NCBI GenBank assembly: GCA_038087875.1
Contig: JAXLNO010000576.1
Location: 1 to 62,297 of the forward strand
Source: Malacoraja senta
Lineage: Eukaryota
DNA: 62,297 nt
Reading direction: 5' to 3'
The number at the start of each line of letters is the position of its first letter. Positions within the stretch are counted from its first letter, which is position 1. Made by a program: the position numbers and the translations under genes. The notes beneath the pieces were generated by a model. The model had not been told where the DNA came from. It searched no databases and saw only the letters and a program-made list of their open reading frames with translations. This document shows, one piece after another, positions 58,060 to 62,297 of the stretch.

Positions 58060-59237
58060 TAATGTAAAATTATATTCCGACAATGGACCTCAGTTAATTT
58101 CTCAGATGTTTGCTGACTATATGAAGATCACAGGTGTGTACCATTACAAAGTTAGACCAAAGTGGCCGCAAGCTAATGGAGAAGTGGAACTTCGGAACCA
58201 ATCTCTGGAGAAGAGGATGAGAATTGCCAAAGCAGAAGGCAAAGATTGGAAGGAGATGCTCTTATCATATGTAGCAGCATATAGAGCTACACCACACAGC
58301 ACAACAGGGAAGAGTCCGGCAGAATTGTTGTTTGGAAGGAAAATCCAGACCATGATACCATGGGTTAGTGACATGGTGAATGACCAAGAAGTGAGAGATC
58401 ATGATACAGAAAAGAAAGCTCTATGCAGACAGGAGACGAGGTGCCAAACCATCAGATGTGGTGCTAGGAGATGAGGTGCTAGTGAGGAGAGAAAGTCCAA
58501 GCAAAATGGACAAACCCTTCTTTCCACAACCATACCCAGTGGTGTCCAGACAAGGAAATAAGGTGATGGTCCAATTGCCAGAAGAAGCCAAATATGATAT
58601 GTGAAAAAGTATCACCGTTGTGATAGTCTAGGGATGCTGCAGATGAAGTTGAGACTGTCGGGCATCAGACTCAAGACTACCAAATTGAGGAGCAAAGAAT
58701 GCATGAGTCTGAGGAGGAGACTATGTGAAACCAGAATCGAGATGATGAACTAGTGGAACAGGACATGACAAATCATGATCCAGTACCAGCGCAGACAGAG
58801 GCAGTGGCCAGACCAAAGTGACAGAGAAGACCACCAAAAAGATATGAGGACTGTGAAGATAGACACAAAAAGCTGGAGTAACTCAGTGGGTCAGACAGCA
58901 TCTCAGGAAAAAAGGAATAGGAGACATTCAGACTAAGAGATGTATTGACATGTGGAAATGATGCATTATCAATGTAATGAATGTCCTATCCTAAATAGTG
59001 TTGGAATGTTCAGTTTACAATATGATGATGTGGATATCCTTTTTGTTTGATACGGGAGGGATGTCATCGTAACTGACGTGGTGTTTAAATGTATCACGTG
59101 TTACTATGAGTTAGAAAGGTCAGAGGACTCACATTATCGGGATGTAAAGAAATCGAGGTGGACTAAAAACAGCACGTCTGTATTCTTGTGTCCTTGAAGT
59201 GTGTTTATTATATTCTGATCAAGATGAGGATCTGACA
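58060..59237 (+). mobile_element. Gypsy LTR retrotransposon 3' part: integrase remnant, PPT and 3' LTR (59062-59237)
   Basis: SDNGPQ...PQANGEVE..N...YRATPHSTTGKSPAELLFGR; PPT GGGAGGGA followed by TGTCA...TGACA. Confidence 0.8.
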
Positions 59238-59239
59238 GA

Positions 59240-60120
59240 ATTGTGTTCAGTTTAGGACCGTGCTATAGGAAATGTCAATAAGCTGAATAGAGTGCAGAGA
59301 AGATTTATGGAATTTTGCCAGGAATTGAATGCCTGAGCTATAGGGAGAGATTGGGCTGGCTAGGACACTATTTCTTGGAGTGCAGGAGGCTGAGGGTTGA
59401 TCTTACCAAGGTGTATAAAATCATGAGGGGAATAGATAAAGTGAATGCACAGTAATTTGTGACCAGAATTGCACACAATACTCCAAATGCAATCTAACCA
59501 AAGTCCTCCTGCGCTGGGTGGTGGCTTATGGGACAAGTAGGAAACCAGAGGAAGTAGTTGAGGCACGTACCATAACAACATTTTAAAATACATTTGGACA
59601 GGTACATGGATACGAAAGGCCAAACATGGTAAAATGAGATTAGCTTAGATGTAGTATCCTGGTCGGAAAGGAGGAATTGTGCCGATTGGCCTGTTTTGGT
59701 GCAGAACGAACCGATCATTTATGTAAGACTGCAGAATCAAAGTAAAGACATTGAACAGCTTGTAAGGGTTGTATCATTGTCTGGTTGAATTTAAAAGGTG
59801 AATTCATGATGCAGCTTTGAAGCAACTTTATAAGACTTGTGTTGGGCCACATTTGGCAGTAATGCTTGCAATTCTGGTTACACCTTTACAGGAAGGATGT
59901 GGAGGCTGTGGAAAGGGTGCAGAGGAGGTTTACAAAATAATGCCTGAATTAGGGGGTTATTAATTACAGGGAGAGGTTGGACAGACTTTGATTTCTGGAG
60001 CACCAGAGGTTGCAGGGATACCTGATTGCAGTTTATAAAATTAGGAAAGGTAGAGATAGGGTAGACAGTCAGAACCTTTTTCCAACGATGGAAAAATCAC
60101 AAACTAGAGAGCATAGATAA
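59240..60120 (+). mobile_element. Degenerate CR1 3' fragments
   Basis: gtgcagagaagattta..., gagaggttggacagact motifs. Confidence 0.7.
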
Positions 60121-60134
60121 GGCAGTTTTGTGTA

Positions 60135-60470
60135 GGATTACAGCCCTATGTGTGTGTTCATCTTGAGGCATTGCTGGCTCTTATGATCAACATTTAGCTG
60201 AGTATATGCCTGTGATAGATCTAGCTTTGAAAATACCTTGGAACCAGCAGGATCAGCGTACAGATCTTGTGAGGTTGCTAGTGGATATTGTTCATCATCT
60301 ACTGCCTGATTGATGGTCACTTTATAGTCTCTACACAATCTCAGTGTTGTCCACTATCAGCACCAAACTACTATTGGAGTAGCCCAACCACTGCGATCTG
60401 TTTTAACCAGCACACCGTTTTGTTTCAACTTTTTGATTTCAACTACTTCCACTTTACTTTTCAGCAAATA
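60135..60470 (-). mobile_element. Gypsy RT remnant
   Basis: CRDYKVTINQ...YPL...DLYA...GSKVFSKLDLSQAY.QL...NTHIGL. Confidence 0.8.
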
Positions 60471-60489
60471 TTACCTTTGTGTTGTACAT

Positions 60490-61190
60490 TGCAAACTATC
60501 TCTCCACACGTCTCCAACACTTCTCTAGAGTACATTTTCATCTGAATGTCTCCCACTCCCACACTGACCTTTCTGTTCTGGGCATCCTCTATTGTCAGAT
60601 TGAGGCCAAATGCAAATTGGAGGAACAGCACCTCATATTTCACTTGGGCAGCTTACACCCCAACAGTATGAATATTGATTTCTCTAACTTCAAGTAACCC
60701 TTGCATCCCCTCTCCCTCCATCCCTCCATCCCTCCTCCACCCTAATCATTGTTTTAGTTTCACTGTCGTCCTGGTGAGCTTAATTGTCTGTAACTCATTT
60801 TCACCTTGCCCACAGCTAACTATGGCCTGTTTCCTTTGTCATCATTACATTTTTGCATAATGTTTAAGAAAAAACTGAAGATGCTGGTAAAATCGGAGGT
60901 AGACACAAAATGCTGGAGTAACTCAGCGGGTGAGGCAGCATCTATGGAGAGAAGGAATTGGCGACGTTTCGGGTCGCATATCTTTCATTCATTTGTTCTA
61001 TATCACCTGGACGAGAAACGTCTATATCTCTTGTTTCCCTTACCCCTGACTCTCAGTCTGGAGAAGGGTCTCGACCCAAACCATCACCTATTCCTTTTCT
61101 CCAAAGATGCTGTCTGACCCGCTGAGTTACTCCAGCTTTTTGTGTCTATCTTCAGTTTAAACTAGCATCTGCAGTTTCTTCATACACAAG
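60490..61190 (+). mobile_element. Penelope-like element 3' end with nested short repeats
   Basis: SHSHTDLSVLG...KLEEQHLIFHLGSLHPNSMNIDFSNFK* homologous to 16059-16200; terminal repeat at 61055-61188. Confidence 0.82.
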
Positions 61191-61489
61191 GTATTATTGT
61201 TTGCAGTTGAAACAAAGAAATGCAGGTTATGATGAAAACACAAAAGAGACAAAGTAACTCAGTGGGTCAGGCAGCATCACTGGAGAATACAGAGAGGTGA
61301 TGTTGGGGCCCTTCTTCAGACTGATTCAGTTTGCTGAGTTACTCCTTCACTTTGTCGTTTCACCTTAAACAAGGCGGCAATACCACTGGTCTGCACCAGC
61401 GAGCCCTTCTTCACCGGTTGACGTGGTTGTTATTGTGGCTCAAGTTGTAGCACGTGAGGACAGCGTTTTCTTCAGGCCACTGCCAAGAC

Positions 61490-61768
61490 ACTTAGAATAA
61501 AGGGGAGGTCATTTAAGACTGAGGTGAGAAAAAACGTTTTCACCCAGAGAGTTGTGAATTTATGGAATTCCCTGCCACAGAGGGCAGTGGAGGCCAAGTC
61601 ACTGGATGGATTTAAGAGAGAGTTAGATAGAGCTCTAGGGGCTAGTGGAGTCAAGGGATATGGGGAGAAGGCAGGCACAGGTTATTGATAGGGGACGATA
61701 GAAGGCTGGCTCGAATGGCCGAATGGCCTCCTCCTGCACCTATTTTCTATGTTTCTATGTTTCTATGA
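61490..61768 (+). mobile_element. CR1 3' end
   Basis: FTQRVVNLWNSLPQ; (tttctatg)n tail. Confidence 0.88.
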
Positions 61769-62297
61769 CACACTCGGTCACCGTGGGGTCCCTCCTGCCG
61801 CTGCTTCCAAGGTGGAGGATGTCAGCTGTTCTGGTGGAGATGGAGGAGGAGGCAGGGGGTGGTGGGGAAGAGGCGAGCGGACAGAGTGACGGGGAGAGGC
61901 AGCAGCAGTAAAGCGGAGAGCAGACAATGCCACCGCCGACAAGAAGAATCAGCAGGTGGGTGGGAAGGGAGCCCCACGTTGACCTAGTGCGTCCTGTCAG
62001 TAGTGGGGGCTACAACGTGAGCCTCAACAACAGCTGTGTCACCCGACCATGTGTTGGGCGAACAAGGGCACCTTGGGAGCTGGGGGTGGGATCTCTGGGA
62101 CTCTAAGACGGTTGGGGAGACTGGGTGAGGCGGGGGTGGGTCGGCAGGTCTGTCCGCTATATCCAAAATCCATTATAAAGGGGTCTGTTTAAACATTTAC
62201 TGTATTTGCAGAAGCTTTTTACAGATTTTAAGATTTTAAGATACTTGTATGTTGATTTTCATTCAATTTTTGGGGGGGATCTTAATCTATTTTCTTG

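Overview
Repeat-dense eukaryotic DNA, most likely from a cartilaginous fish (skate or ray), inferred from HE1-type SINEs and HER1/CR1 LINE tails. The only host-gene signal is four + strand exons matching TTC27 (3627-3729, 7538-7679, 11293-11425, 48273-48339). Two of them carry stops or frameshifts, so this is an unprocessed TTC27 pseudogene. The rest is layered transposons: a non-autonomous Helitron (122-2251); three PIF/Harbinger MITEs, one containing a full-length Tx1 LINE with a 10-bp TSD and itself sitting inside a CR1; a near-complete young CR1 (esterase ORF1 plus EN-RT ORF2) and many CR1 fragments; an uninterrupted 5'-truncated L2; a Tc1 split by a young CR1; Vingi, Rex1/Babar, Gypsy and Penelope-like (PLE) remnants; HE1 SINEs and a probable DeuSINE; and a 2.26-kb tandem duplication. 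A dispersed PLE-associated short repeat carries a minimal hammerhead-ribozyme-like core, often forms fold-backs, and is repeatedly flanked by 9-16 bp direct repeats. Family names come from recalled motifs, not from database searches.
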